A stretch of 64,000 bases of DNA from Dehalococcoidia bacterium UBA5620 (GCA_002423605.1 DIKK01000028.1:177097-241096); one strand, 5' to 3'. Numbered from the stretch's first letter, positions 33,179 to 43,733 are shown. Made by a program: numbers and translations. The notes: generated from the sequence alone by a model not told the origin.

Positions 33179-34276
33179 TTAATCCATAATCTGAGTAGCT
33201 TCCGCTGCTCCCGTGCTTGATCGGATGTATTTGTAAATTTCCACAACCAAAGCAGTCAATGGTGCTGCAAGCACCATTCCCCATATACCTCCCAAGCTAG
33301 CACCTACTACAAGTACAACCATAAGAATAGCAGGATTTATACGTAAGAACCCGCCCTGAATTCTAGGAACGAGAAAAAGATTTTCCAGCAAATTTGCCAA
33401 AATATAGACTAGAGCCACCCAAATAATCTTGCTTGGTGCTATAGCTAAAGTTACCAGCACGCCAAAAATGCCTGCTACCCAGGGACCTATAACAGGTATG
33501 ATCTCCATTATTCCAGCAAATATAGCCAGCGCCGGGGCAAGCTTTATACCTAAAATCGACAAACCTGTAAAAACAAAAATGGCTATCACCGAAGCGAGCA
33601 TTACCTGTGCGCGAATATATTTGCCCAAAACGTTATCCATTATCTTGAAGATGTTCCTGGCATGCGTAGCCAGAGAGACTGGTAAAAGAGAATAGAAACC
33701 TGTCCCTAGAGACTCCGAGTCCTTCAAAAGAAAGAACAGAAAGAATGGCAAGGATAGAAAACCAGCAATCATGCCGATAGTAGCAGGTACCAGAGCAATC
33801 CCCGAGGTGAAGACACCCTGTAATGCTCCACCCAGCTTGATGCTGATATTACCAAGAGCACTATCTATTTGCTGCTGATACTCTGGAGGCGCTATTTCAC
33901 GGAATGACTCAAGCCGTTGTTGGATTGTATCTAGACCATCCGAAATGTACTGAGGCGCTTGGCTCAAAATATTCGAAAATGAGTCTCGTACCCCTAGATA
34001 AACATAAATAGCAAACAGAACAAGCAGGATTATAGTCAAAATGAACACTAGAATTATGAGGAATACCCTTTTTGCCTCCATCCACTTATCTTTAGGAGGA
34101 AGCTTACACTCCGCCCACTTAACCATCGGCAGCAGAAGATAGGCGAGAACCAGACCTACCAAAAAGGGCAATACCACGCTTCTTAAAGCATAGGTCAGAC
34201 TAAATACTACGATAAGACCGATTAAAAATAGTATAAGCGTCTTGTACCACTTCCAGAAGCTGACTTCATCAGTCAA
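33179..34276 (-). CDS. AI-2E family transporter
   Basis: Multi-TM protein with PFLVGLVLAYLL, IPVIGPW and GGIWGMVLAAPL. Confidence 0.9.
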   Translation of the reverse strand: MTDEVSFWKWYKTLILFLIGLIVVFSLTYALRSVVLPFLVGLVLAYLLLPMVKWAECKLPPKDKWMEAKRVFLIILVFILTIILLVLFAIYVYLGVRDSFSNILSQAPQYISDGLDTIQQRLESFREIAPPEYQQQIDSALGNISIKLGGALQGVFTSGIALVPATIGMIAGFLSLPFFLFFLLKDSESLGTGFYSLLPVSLATHARNIFKIMDNVLGKYIRAQVMLASVIAIFVFTGLSILGIKLAPALAIFAGIMEIIPVIGPWVAGIFGVLVTLAIAPSKIIWVALVYILANLLENLFLVPRIQGGFLRINPAILMVVLVVGASLGGIWGMVLAAPLTALVVEIYKYIRSSTGAAEATQIMD

Positions 34277-34502
34277 AGCACACCTCCACTATATGGAGAA
34301 ACTTCACACGCGTAACTTAAAAAGAAACGCTATCTGCAACAATCAAACAAAGTATTAATGGAAATTATAGACAAGGCTATATGCCCAAGAGCAATATCCA
34401 CACTTGCGTTTAAGCTTCCATTAGCTTCTCTCTCACCCTTCTCCCAACATCACTGACAACATTTTTCACGCCTCCGGCAGTTTCGAACCCTTTTCCCTCT
34501 GC

Positions 34503-34715
34503 CTATTTTGCTTTCTCCCTAGCCTCAGCAGCAACATCCCTTACCCGCCCAACAAATTCAACTCCTTTGTCTCTCGCCTCCCCCACTTTCTCTCTCAATA
34601 GCTCCCTTGCTTCCTCACCAGACCTGGGAGCATAGAGAAGTCCGATAATTAAACCGGCAACTGCCCCCACCACAACGCCAATAGCAAATCCAGTCGTCCC
34701 ATTGCTATCACTCAT
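34503..34715 (-). CDS. YtxH-domain protein
   Basis: FAIGVVVGAVAGLIIGLLYAPRSGEEARE. Confidence 0.88.
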   Translation of the reverse strand: MSDSNGTTGFAIGVVVGAVAGLIIGLLYAPRSGEEARELLREKVGEARDKGVEFVGRVRDVAAEAREKAK

Positions 34716-35004
34716 ATCGCCCTCCTTCCTTTCCTTCATTTCTCCTAAATAACCTGCTTATAAAATCGACGCCTACACGTACACCTTGAATTATAGAGAC
34801 TACCTGAGCAATAGGTTTGACGATTTCATCTTCCACCGTACAGGAAATGCGCAAGATAGTTGACGATGCCATCTCTATTGAATTCAATACGACTTTTGCT
34901 TTACGATATAGCAAAAACACAAGGACAGCGATAAATATCAGCAGCAATGTCGCTACCGAGCCCCAGACACAGATAATCAGATCCCTAAACCATACAATGT
35001 CCAT
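34708..35004 (-). CDS. Small membrane protein (DUF948/YtxG-like position)
   Basis: N-terminal TM plus amphipathic helix; overlaps the ytxH start. Confidence 0.7.
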   Translation of the reverse strand: MDIVWFRDLIICVWGSVATLLLIFIAVLVFLLYRKAKVVLNSIEMASSTILRISCTVEDEIVKPIAQVVSIIQGVRVGVDFISRLFRRNEGKEGGRYE

Positions 35005-35161
35005 AAACAGCACCTCCCCTTCGGATGTTTGCACTATTGTACCACCTCTAGCAGCAAAATAAAGGGATCTGGCAACTAATTTAAAGGCTCATCCCTCAGA
35101 CACTACCAAACTAACGTGCCGCACAGTGGATGATTATGTCAACTGCGTCAGGTAGCCCTAC

Positions 35162-35935
35162 TTAATTACAAGCTACAGGTTTCTCCTTACGCTCACTGAG
35201 CCATAATGCTACACCTGTAACCAGAAATGCCCATGCAGCAACTATCATCTCCCCCACCTCCGGCTTAACTATCTTCTCGCTTATTAAATAACTGGTATAG
35301 TTCAACAAAACGAATAATAACGTGGCAAGAAGATAAAATTGCCATCCTTTACCCTTAGCCAATCCCCAACCAGCAAGTGCACAAGCAGCGACATTCCAAC
35401 CCACCACAAAAAATCTCTCCCAGAATCCAGCAAGTGCTACCAAGCCTTGTGTCTCCACAGCTGCCCAAGTCCAACCGCTGGCAAATATATAATCATGCGT
35501 CCACACGGCCTCAATTATGCCAAACCCGGCACCAGCTACTGCTCCGGCTGCTAGCCCTATCTTGGGATCGAGTTTCCTATCTTGATACCACCAATAAATA
35601 ATAACTGGTATCAACTTAAACCCAACTTGAATCAAACCCGCCACGGATAAGGGCACTAATCCTGCAAGCAAAATCCAATTGAAGAAAACCTCTCTGCCCA
35701 ATGGATTCACGTAAAACTGTATGATGCCCCTAGTGGCCGGGAAATTCCAGATAGCAAAGGCTATAGGAGCAAGAATAGCACTGCCCGCCATGACTGCCCA
35801 AAGCCATGGTTTTTTAAATAATGGCGGCCGATAGATAGCCAACCAAATAGCACCAAAACCCATAGCAAGTCCAATTCCAATGATACTCGGATGCGAAAAC
35901 ATACCCTGCCAGAAACTAAGCATCTGCTCTAACAT
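35162..35935 (-). CDS. PrsW-like polytopic membrane protein
   Basis: Multi-TM; GAVAGAGFGIIEA matches the PrsW GxGFxxxE motif. Confidence 0.6.
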   Translation of the reverse strand: MLEQMLSFWQGMFSHPSIIGIGLAMGFGAIWLAIYRPPLFKKPWLWAVMAGSAILAPIAFAIWNFPATRGIIQFYVNPLGREVFFNWILLAGLVPLSVAGLIQVGFKLIPVIIYWWYQDRKLDPKIGLAAGAVAGAGFGIIEAVWTHDYIFASGWTWAAVETQGLVALAGFWERFFVVGWNVAACALAGWGLAKGKGWQFYLLATLLFVLLNYTSYLISEKIVKPEVGEMIVAAWAFLVTGVALWLSERKEKPVACN

Positions 35936-35979
35936 GAAATCCTCCTAATAAGACTCTAAGAAATTATTATCATATTTTG

Positions 35980-36498
35980 TTAGGGATTGAGGAGGAGCGC
36001 AAGCTCTGATGCCTGAAAAGGTTGGATATTTGATTCATTACCAGAGGCTGAAGGAGGTGGAACAGTAGTCATTGGCCCCTGATTAAGAGTATCGATAACA
36101 AATATCGCTCCCCCTATCAATACCACAATAATTATTGCAATGAGGCAACCAGTCAACCAAGGATCCCTCTTCTTCTTATCTGTCTCCTGTTCAAATCCAC
36201 CTGACATCTGGCCTGGCATTTGGCCTGATAATGGGTCTTGCACCCGTCCCTGTGCCCGCTTTGGTGTCTTCTGGATAGCTTTTTGCCTAGGAAAAGCTTT
36301 TACCTTCTGCGGCATCGGCCAATTCAGCATGCCACGGCAATGTGAACAATTCACCAACGAAGGATCGACAAGGAACCCACAATAAGGACAGTTGTATTGG
36401 AATCTCTGCCTACAGGATTGACACGCTAATTGGCCCACAACATTTTGCGCGCCACATTTGGGGCACAAGAAAATATGCTGCATATTGTCATCAGACAT
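35980..36498 (-). CDS. Double zinc-ribbon protein with C-terminal TM helix
   Basis: CPKC, CQSC, CPYC and CSHC pairs; hydrophobic segment near the C-terminus. Confidence 0.75.
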   Translation of the reverse strand: MSDDNMQHIFLCPKCGAQNVVGQLACQSCRQRFQYNCPYCGFLVDPSLVNCSHCRGMLNWPMPQKVKAFPRQKAIQKTPKRAQGRVQDPLSGQMPGQMSGGFEQETDKKKRDPWLTGCLIAIIIVVLIGGAIFVIDTLNQGPMTTVPPPSASGNESNIQPFQASELALLLNP

Positions 36499-36759
36499 CG
36501 ACTATATCAAATAACTCCCGTATTTATATTAAACTATTTGGAGTAACTAAAGTAAACCAATTTTAACCTGTCAATGTCTATACTGCAAGCCATTTCTCAA
36601 AAAATGATATAATTAACCCTACTTACACGAAACGGGCATATATCCTGCATGACCTTTACGCGAAGGGATACCATATGGCAGCCAAGATTATTTGTAAAGG
36701 GAAAACATAATAAACTTGGATAACAATGACATCTAACTTAATTTAAAGTCGCCAGGTGT

Positions 36760-37281
36760 TTGATGACAGCTGTTCTTGCTCGAGAAAACATATTAGACTT
36801 ATTGGAAGCAACTCCACCACTCATCGATGGATTGAGAGACTCAAAAAAGCAAGTTCAACCTAATGGTGTAGATATAACCATAAGAGACATAGCCCTGCTC
36901 TCTTCCTCTGGTAAGCTAGGAACACAGAATGAGACTCGTATACTATCAACCGCTACGCCATTAGTTTTTGATACCACAAACAGCATAGACCTGCTACCCG
37001 GTTGCTATCAAATCACCTACAATGAAATCGTCAATCTTCCTAAAGATATTATGGCACTCGCATTCCCCCGCTCCAGCCTGCTTCGCTGCGGTGTTAGTAT
37101 CCATACTGCCGTTTGGGACGCCGGCTATTCAGGAAGGTCACAATCACTGCTGGTGGTCTATAACCCGCTCGGCTTTCGGTTGTCTAAAGATGCCGCAGTT
37201 ATTCAACTTATCTTCTTTCGTCTCAATCAAGCGGTATCTGAAGGCTACAACGGCATGTTCCAGTATGAAAACATGCAATAA
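36760..37281 (+). CDS. dUTPase / dCTP deaminase family protein (archaeal-like)
   Basis: QPNGVDIT, PRSSLLRCG, AVWDAGYSGRS. Confidence 0.88.
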   Translation: MMTAVLARENILDLLEATPPLIDGLRDSKKQVQPNGVDITIRDIALLSSSGKLGTQNETRILSTATPLVFDTTNSIDLLPGCYQITYNEIVNLPKDIMALAFPRSSLLRCGVSIHTAVWDAGYSGRSQSLLVVYNPLGFRLSKDAAVIQLIFFRLNQAVSEGYNGMFQYENMQ

Positions 37282-37679
37282 TTAAGATTATCGTAAGCAA
37301 AGGCAGCTATTATCCAGAGCTTCCCGACTAATGATAAGCTTATGAATCTCATCTGTATCTATATAAAGAACCATCCCCATAGCATACTTTAGATATCGTT
37401 CCGCATTTTATTATCATTGAGCACCCGCTCAATTCCGCTGGCGGTGGCAGTCTCCTTAATGCTGGCTGAGTCGTTCCCAACCTTTAGCTCAGTTAATCCA
37501 AAACAACCTATCAGCTCCCTTTTGGTAATTCAGAGGAGATTTCTCCCTTTCATTTCTTCTATCAAGCAAGGGTCTCTTCCAATACACTGATCTTGGAAAG
37601 AGCTTGATTTATAGCAACAGGATTAGACTGGACAGAAATGGGAAATACTCAATTGCTAAAAAACGCAAAGGCCGCGATT

Positions 37680-37756
37680 TGGCGACCCCGATGGGATTCG
37701 AACCCACGATCTCCACCGTGACAGGGTGGCATGTTAGACCGCTACACCACGGGGCC
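37680..37756 (-). tRNA. tRNA-Asp(GTC)
   Basis: GGCCCCGTGGTGTAGCGGTCTAACATGCCACCCTGTCACGGTGGAGATCGTGGGTTCGAATCCCATCGGGGTCGCCA; cloverleaf with encoded CCA. Confidence 0.97.
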
Positions 37757-37906
37757 ACATATGCAGGTTGCCAGAATTCTGGCAACTCCAGAAGTCTAGC
37801 AATACAATGGCTACTATGTCAAGGCAAATGTTTGATTTTTCTTGCCAAGTGATATAAGCTACACATCCTGCGCTGCGACATTCTATTTTAGAACAAAGGA
37901 CTTAGT

Positions 37907-39574
37907 ATGAAATCACCCCAGTCCAGAGACAACACGAATACTAAATTGACATCCAGAACAGTTTTATACATGGCGACAAGTTTAATCCTAGTTCTCACTC
38001 AACTACTGCCCCTAATATCACCGACCCCTGTGCATGCTGCCAGCATCACCGCAAATCCTATCTCGGCTACTGTAGGCTCGTCCGTAACAATCAACGGGGC
38101 CGGCTTCACAGGTCATACAGCTACAATCCATTGGGAGAAATTACCCATAGTACAGAGCGTGCCTATAACCGACGGCACCTTTACCGCCAGCTTTACTGTC
38201 CCCAATGCCAGTAGAGGTAATCATATTATCCAAGTGTCAGATGACAGCAATTGGTCAGGGAGCACAGGTTCATTCAACTTCACTGTGCTCCCCAAAATAA
38301 CGATTTTCCCAGAAATCAGCCATCTAAGTCCGCAATTCGTAGTTCTCGGTAGCGGCTTTGCATCGGGAGAAAAGGATATTAAGGTAATGTGGGATGGCAC
38401 AACTTTAACCAGCACCCTTACCACTGCCGATGTATCTGGAAAATGGAGTGCGAGTGTCAGCATGCCACAAGCGATTATAGGCGAACATTATATAAGTGCT
38501 TTTGGCAATATTACCAGCGACACGGAAATCGGCAAAGTTAAATACATCTTAGGCCCATATGTAACGGCTAAACCGGTATCCGGACCAGTTGGAACAATGG
38601 TTACCTTCGACGGAATGGGGTTCCGCACCAGCGAAGATGGTATCACCATCACATATGACAGCTTAATAAACACGACCAATATAGTGGCCATAGGCGATGG
38701 AAGTTGGCAAGATACCATCACCATACCACCCAGTACCCAGGGACGCCATATTATGGGGATTTATGGCAGCGACTTCACCCCTATAGGCATTGTGCCAGAC
38801 ATAGACTTTCAGGTAGTTCCAAATATTGAGTTGGAGATAGCCACGATAGCTGATGATATCCGCGTAACAATCCTAGGAACTGGCTTTGCCGATGGTGAAA
38901 CAGTAAGCATTAACTTCGATAATGCAAAGCAGAACGTATCACCTGTTGCTGATAGCACGGGTAGTTTCACCACCAAACTCATACTTTTACAATATAAAGG
39001 TAAAAACCACACTATAACAGCCACCGGCAATAAAGGGAATTCGGCCAAAGCGGACTTTGTCACCAACAAAAACCCGCCCACGACACCCAAGTTGCTACTC
39101 CCCAGACCAGACGCTCAGCTAACAATATTTAACTCAGTGGGCGATGTATTTTGGGGCACAAATAAATACCTTCTTGGAATTATTGGCATTGCGAGCGACC
39201 CGCAACGAGGTATTCTGAGCGCTTCGGGCATCAAATTAGATTGGTCAGAGCCAGCAGACCCCAAAGGCACGAGTTATGACCTTCAGATAGCCACAAATAC
39301 CAACTTCTCACCGCTGGTCGTCAACAAAAAAAGTGTGACTAGCTCAGAATATACTCTAACCTTACAAGATGGCTTAGCCGTAGGCAAATACTTGTGGCGG
39401 GTAAGAGCTACAGACAACGTGGGCAATGAAAGCCCCTGGACAGATGCTCGGCCATTAGAAGTCATCCCTATGTCGACCACAGTGCTCATAGCATCAATAG
39501 TGATTCTAGCAACTCTGCTAACATTATTAGGGATAGTCATCGCCCATTGGTGGTCAAGAAGATCTAGTTGGTAA
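37907..39574 (+). CDS. Secreted, C-terminally anchored protein with tandem Ig-like (IPT/TIG) repeats and an FN3-like domain
   Basis: Signal peptide (..VHA/A), repeated 'V...GxGF' units, YLWRVRATDNVGNESPW, C-terminal TM. Confidence 0.8.
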   Translation: MKSPQSRDNTNTKLTSRTVLYMATSLILVLTQLLPLISPTPVHAASITANPISATVGSSVTINGAGFTGHTATIHWEKLPIVQSVPITDGTFTASFTVPNASRGNHIIQVSDDSNWSGSTGSFNFTVLPKITIFPEISHLSPQFVVLGSGFASGEKDIKVMWDGTTLTSTLTTADVSGKWSASVSMPQAIIGEHYISAFGNITSDTEIGKVKYILGPYVTAKPVSGPVGTMVTFDGMGFRTSEDGITITYDSLINTTNIVAIGDGSWQDTITIPPSTQGRHIMGIYGSDFTPIGIVPDIDFQVVPNIELEIATIADDIRVTILGTGFADGETVSINFDNAKQNVSPVADSTGSFTTKLILLQYKGKNHTITATGNKGNSAKADFVTNKNPPTTPKLLLPRPDAQLTIFNSVGDVFWGTNKYLLGIIGIASDPQRGILSASGIKLDWSEPADPKGTSYDLQIATNTNFSPLVVNKKSVTSSEYTLTLQDGLAVGKYLWRVRATDNVGNESPWTDARPLEVIPMSTTVLIASIVILATLLTLLGIVIAHWWSRRSSW

Positions 39575-39677
39575 CTAGGCAAACGTTATCATCTCATCAG
39601 GCATCTGTATTGTTCCTGCATACGATTATATGTTATAGTATAAGACTCTGATATCTAAATAAAGGTTATAGAATAGC

Positions 39678-39773
39678 GCGCTGGGGGTGCTCAGAATAAA
39701 GCGACGAAGCTGAGACTCCGCTAAAGCGGAGAACCCTTGAAACCTGACCTTGATAATGCAAGCGTAGGGAAGC
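39678..39773 (+). ncRNA. TPP riboswitch
   Basis: GGGGTGC...CTGAGA...ACCCTTGAAACCTGA...ATAATGC.AGCGTAGGGAAGC upstream of thiC. Confidence 0.93.
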
Positions 39774-39840
39774 GACATTAAACCAAGGGTTCTAGTGCGT
39801 TCGCTATTAGAGCACTTGGTTTTTAATTTTGGGGAGAAGA

Positions 39841-41136
39841 ATGACCCAGATAGAGATGGCAAAACAGGGCACCCTGTCAACTCAAATGAAACAGGTTGCC
39901 CAACAGGAAAATATAGATGCAGAAATCCTTCAGCAATATATTGCTGAAGGTAAAATAGTCATCCCCGCCAACGTTAATCATGCTAACCTGATTGCCTGTG
40001 GCATAGGTAAAAATCTGCGCGTAAAAATCAATGCAAATATCGGCACATCTTCAGATTTTGGGGACATAAACAGCGAGCTAGATAAATTGTGCATAGCCAT
40101 CAAATTTGGTGCTGATGCAGTTATGGACTTGAGCACCGGAGGCGATATACAAACCATCCGCCATGCCATCATCTCCGCAAGCAATGTTCCCATAGGCACT
40201 GTGCCCATATACCAAGCTGGAATTGAAGCCATCAAACGGCATGGGGCAATAATAAACATGACCGCGGATGGAATTTTCTCCGTAATTGAGCAACAAGCCA
40301 AAGAAGGCGTCGACTTTATGACCTTGCACTGTGGTGTCACTCAAACCACTATCGCTAGATTGAAACAACAACATCGGGTGACCGATATAGTATCTCGAGG
40401 CGGTGCTTTTATCGTTGGCTGGATGCTCTACAACAACAAGGAAAATCCCCTCTATGAACAATATGATAGACTACTGGATATAGCCCACACCTTTGATGTT
40501 ACCTTGAGTCTGGGAGATGGTATGCGTCCCGGTAGCCTGGCTGACGCCACTGACCGTACTCAAATAGAAGAACTAATAATCCTCGGTGAACTAGTAGACC
40601 GGGCGAGAGATGCTGGCGTTCAAGTCATGGTAGAGGGACCAGGGCATGTCCCCATCGACCGGATTATTACCAATATTCAACTAGAGAAAAGTCTCTGCCA
40701 TGAAGCACCATTCTATGTGCTCGGTCCACTGGTCACTGACATTGCTGCAGGTTATGACCATATCACTGCTGCCATCGGTGGCGCCATAGCTGCAACTTCT
40801 GGAGCTGATTTTCTCTGTTACGTCACCCCAGCGGAGCACCTATCGCTCCCCGACGCTGAAGATGTAAAAGTTGGAGTTATAGCTTCACGTATTGCTGCCC
40901 ATGCTGCCGACGTAGCGAGAAGTACGGGCAATGCCAGCGAGTGGGACAGGAAAATGTCAGTAGCCAGGAGCAATCTCGATTGGGAAACTCAAGCTAAGCT
41001 ATCCCTCGACCCAGAGAGAGCCCAACAAGTCCACAATAAATATAGCAGCGCCGGACCTGCATGCAGCATGTGTGGTAACTACTGCGCCATGGCGCTGGTG
41101 AAAAAATATCTTGGAATTTCAGCAGTCAAATGCTGA
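39841..41136 (+). CDS. thiC: Phosphomethylpyrimidine synthase
   Basis: [41 protein letters not shown]; TPP riboswitch upstream. Confidence 0.95.
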   Translation: MTQIEMAKQGTLSTQMKQVAQQENIDAEILQQYIAEGKIVIPANVNHANLIACGIGKNLRVKINANIGTSSDFGDINSELDKLCIAIKFGADAVMDLSTGGDIQTIRHAIISASNVPIGTVPIYQAGIEAIKRHGAIINMTADGIFSVIEQQAKEGVDFMTLHCGVTQTTIARLKQQHRVTDIVSRGGAFIVGWMLYNNKENPLYEQYDRLLDIAHTFDVTLSLGDGMRPGSLADATDRTQIEELIILGELVDRARDAGVQVMVEGPGHVPIDRIITNIQLEKSLCHEAPFYVLGPLVTDIAAGYDHITAAIGGAIAATSGADFLCYVTPAEHLSLPDAEDVKVGVIASRIAAHAADVARSTGNASEWDRKMSVARSNLDWETQAKLSLDPERAQQVHNKYSSAGPACSMCGNYCAMALVKKYLGISAVKC

Positions 41137-41156
41137 AATGATAATCATGACACAGG

Positions 41157-42380
41157 ATGAATGTAGAGATAATTTCCATAGGCACTGAGCTACTCCTCGG
41201 AGAGATAGTTGATACTAACTCCGCTTATCTTGCCGCTCAATTCCCCCTGCTCGGGCTTGACCTTCATTTCATATCCACCGTAGGTGATAACAAGCAAAGA
41301 ATAGTTGACACCCTTCAACGCGCATTGCAGCGATCAGATATCATTATTACCACCGGTGGTTTAGGTCCTACCCAAGACGATGTCACCCGCGATGCCATTG
41401 CCGAATTTCTGCATGAGGAAATCACTATCGACCAAAACATGGTCAATACGTTCAAAGAGCTATTCAACTATCATAAAATGGAGATGCCGCCAAGCAATAT
41501 CAGGCAGGCTTCTATTATCCCATCAGCCCAGGTTATTCCCAATCCCCTAGGCACCGCCCCCGGTTGGTGGATAGAAAAGGATAATCGGATCATTATAACT
41601 ATGCCCGGCCCGCCACGCGAGATGGAACTGATGTGGACAAAAGAAACACTGCCAAAGCTCCAAAAACTCACGGCGGGTACGGTAATCGTTTCCAAAACAC
41701 TAAAGATCTTTGGGCCTAGTGAGGCTAAGGTAGATGAAATGGTAAATGCGCTTCTTTCATCTACAAATCCAACAATAGGTACATATGCCAAAATCGATGG
41801 GGTTCACCTGCGTATTACTGCCAAATCCAACACCACAGACAAAGCACAAAAGCTGATCTCACAAAGAGAATCTGAAATCAGGGCAATACTGGGTGATTAC
41901 ATATGGGGTATAGATACTGATAGCCTGGAGAAAATAGTCGGTGACTTGCTGATAGAAAAACGCTTGACCATAGCTACGATGGAATCCTGCACCGGAGGTC
42001 TTCTGGCTAATGTAATCACCAACATCCCTAGAAGTTACAGCTATTTTAAAGGTGGCTTGGTCGGTTATGCAGGCAAAACTAAAACAGCCTTCGGACTTGA
42101 TGAAAAGTTTTTATCTCAATTCAACGCTATTAGTTCTGAAGTCGCCAAAGCTATGGCAACCACAATCCGAAACAAGCTTGGGGCATCCATTGGTATAGGC
42201 ATTACCGGCGTCACCGGCCCCAAGGAAATAGGTAGCATGCCCGTAGGAACTATATTTATAGGCATCGATGATGGGCAACAACAATATAGCTCCACTAAAA
42301 ATTACCCGGGTAATCGGTTGCAGATAAAGCAGCGGGCGGTTACCTCAACCTTGTTTGAACTGAGGAAAATATTACTCTAG
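41157..42380 (+). CDS. cinA: CinA (MoCF-like domain plus NMN deamidase PncC)
   Basis: IGTELLLGEIVDTN, TGGLGPTQDD, ESCTGG. Confidence 0.93.
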   Translation: MNVEIISIGTELLLGEIVDTNSAYLAAQFPLLGLDLHFISTVGDNKQRIVDTLQRALQRSDIIITTGGLGPTQDDVTRDAIAEFLHEEITIDQNMVNTFKELFNYHKMEMPPSNIRQASIIPSAQVIPNPLGTAPGWWIEKDNRIIITMPGPPREMELMWTKETLPKLQKLTAGTVIVSKTLKIFGPSEAKVDEMVNALLSSTNPTIGTYAKIDGVHLRITAKSNTTDKAQKLISQRESEIRAILGDYIWGIDTDSLEKIVGDLLIEKRLTIATMESCTGGLLANVITNIPRSYSYFKGGLVGYAGKTKTAFGLDEKFLSQFNAISSEVAKAMATTIRNKLGASIGIGITGVTGPKEIGSMPVGTIFIGIDDGQQQYSSTKNYPGNRLQIKQRAVTSTLFELRKILL

Positions 42381-42388
42381 GAGGAAAT

Positions 42389-42781
42389 ATGCACCTGACC
42401 ATTGATGGATACGGCAACAAACAAATAATGCAGGATGAGCAATTTATATATCAACTGCTGGACTCGTATCCCGCCAAAATTGGGATGACAAAAATCCAGG
42501 GGCCGATTGTATTTAGATACGTTACTTGTAAACTAGAAGATTGGGGAATTTCCGGCCTTGTTTTTATTGCCGAGAGCCATATCAGCCTCCACACTTTCGT
42601 GGAACGGCATTACATGAATATCGACGTCTTCTCTTGTAGAGATTTCGACGCAGAGCAAGTTATCCAAGATTTTGTAGGCCAGTTCCAACTAACAAGATTC
42701 ACCAGCCGCTTGATCAATAGAGAATGGAACATAAAAGACCTTCCTCAAGGCATCGAAATACCACAACTTTACTCAGTATAA
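42389..42781 (+). CDS. speD: Pyruvoyl-dependent AdoMetDC/SpeD-family decarboxylase proenzyme
   Basis: MHLTIDG, GISG..IAE/SHISLHTF cleavage motif, DVFSC. Confidence 0.88.
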   Translation: MHLTIDGYGNKQIMQDEQFIYQLLDSYPAKIGMTKIQGPIVFRYVTCKLEDWGISGLVFIAESHISLHTFVERHYMNIDVFSCRDFDAEQVIQDFVGQFQLTRFTSRLINREWNIKDLPQGIEIPQLYSV

Positions 42782-43665
42782 TGATGGATAATCTAGAGAA
42801 TGTCTTTCTACCACCATCAAACTTCGCAGGTTTACCATCTCCGTATACTGATTTTGCTACAGCCAAAGTAGTCATTCTGCCTGTGCCCTATGACAGCACC
42901 ACGGAATGGCATAGCGGCGCCCGCGATGGGCCGCAGGCTATCATCGCTGCTTCTCAATATTTAGAGATGTATGACATCGAGCTCGATAAGGAAATATTCA
43001 GAGCAGGGATTCATACTCTACCCGCAATCGAGCCCGTATTAAGCAGTCCGCAAAAGATGATACAACGAGTCTACCGCATAACCAAGGGAATAAGCCAAAA
43101 AGACAAATTTCTGGTTATGCTGGGCGGAGAGCATTCTGTGAGTCTAGGTGTAATCCACGCGCTCACTGAGAAATATACTAATCTTTGCGTATTGCAATTA
43201 GATGCCCATGCTGACCTGCGTGATAAATATATGGGAACTAAGTACAACCACGCTTGTATAATGCGCCGTGTGTTTGAACATTGTCCCATTACCCAGGTAG
43301 GAATTAGAAGTATCAGTTGGGAAGAGCAGCAATTTCTAAACCAGCATAATATGCGCCCGTTCTATTTACCTCAGACATCCACCAGCTTAGCATATCAACA
43401 ACAAATAATTAATGCACTCGGGGATATTGTTTACATATCTATTGATTTAGATGTATTTGACCCGTCGATCATGTCTGCAGTAGCCACCCCAGAACCCGGA
43501 GGCATGCAATGGCACGATGTTCTTAGTTTGCTAAAATTAGTTTCAGAACATAAGCATATAATTGGCTTCGACATTGTGGAACTATGCCCTGGACAAGGAC
43601 CTGCAGCCTGTGCCTTCACTGCTGCCAAACTGGCTTATAAGCTAATAGGCTATGCAGTACCCTAA
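42781..43665 (+). CDS. speB: Agmatinase
   Basis: GGEHS, DAHADL, DLDVFDP, TPEPGG. Confidence 0.93.
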   Translation: MMDNLENVFLPPSNFAGLPSPYTDFATAKVVILPVPYDSTTEWHSGARDGPQAIIAASQYLEMYDIELDKEIFRAGIHTLPAIEPVLSSPQKMIQRVYRITKGISQKDKFLVMLGGEHSVSLGVIHALTEKYTNLCVLQLDAHADLRDKYMGTKYNHACIMRRVFEHCPITQVGIRSISWEEQQFLNQHNMRPFYLPQTSTSLAYQQQIINALGDIVYISIDLDVFDPSIMSAVATPEPGGMQWHDVLSLLKLVSEHKHIIGFDIVELCPGQGPAACAFTAAKLAYKLIGYAVP

Positions 43666-43690
43666 AAGCCACCATAAATAGCACTGCGGT

Positions 43691-43720
43691 TTGACATCAA
43701 ACGCCCCTATGGTTTATCAT
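43691..43720 (+). promoter_or_regulatory. Sigma70 promoter of greA
   Basis: TTGACA-N18-TATCAT. Confidence 0.6.
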
Positions 43721-43733
43721 TAGCCCGTTTAAA

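Noticed and set aside
37286-37679. Possible integrated-element scar at the tRNA-Asp 3' end
   Set aside because: No duplicated tRNA 3' segment or integrase found; only an imperfect hairpin and uninterpretable short frames.
39841-41136. ThiC paralog BzaA/B/F (benzimidazole synthesis)
   Set aside because: The upstream riboswitch is TPP-type, not cobalamin-type, which supports a true ThiC.
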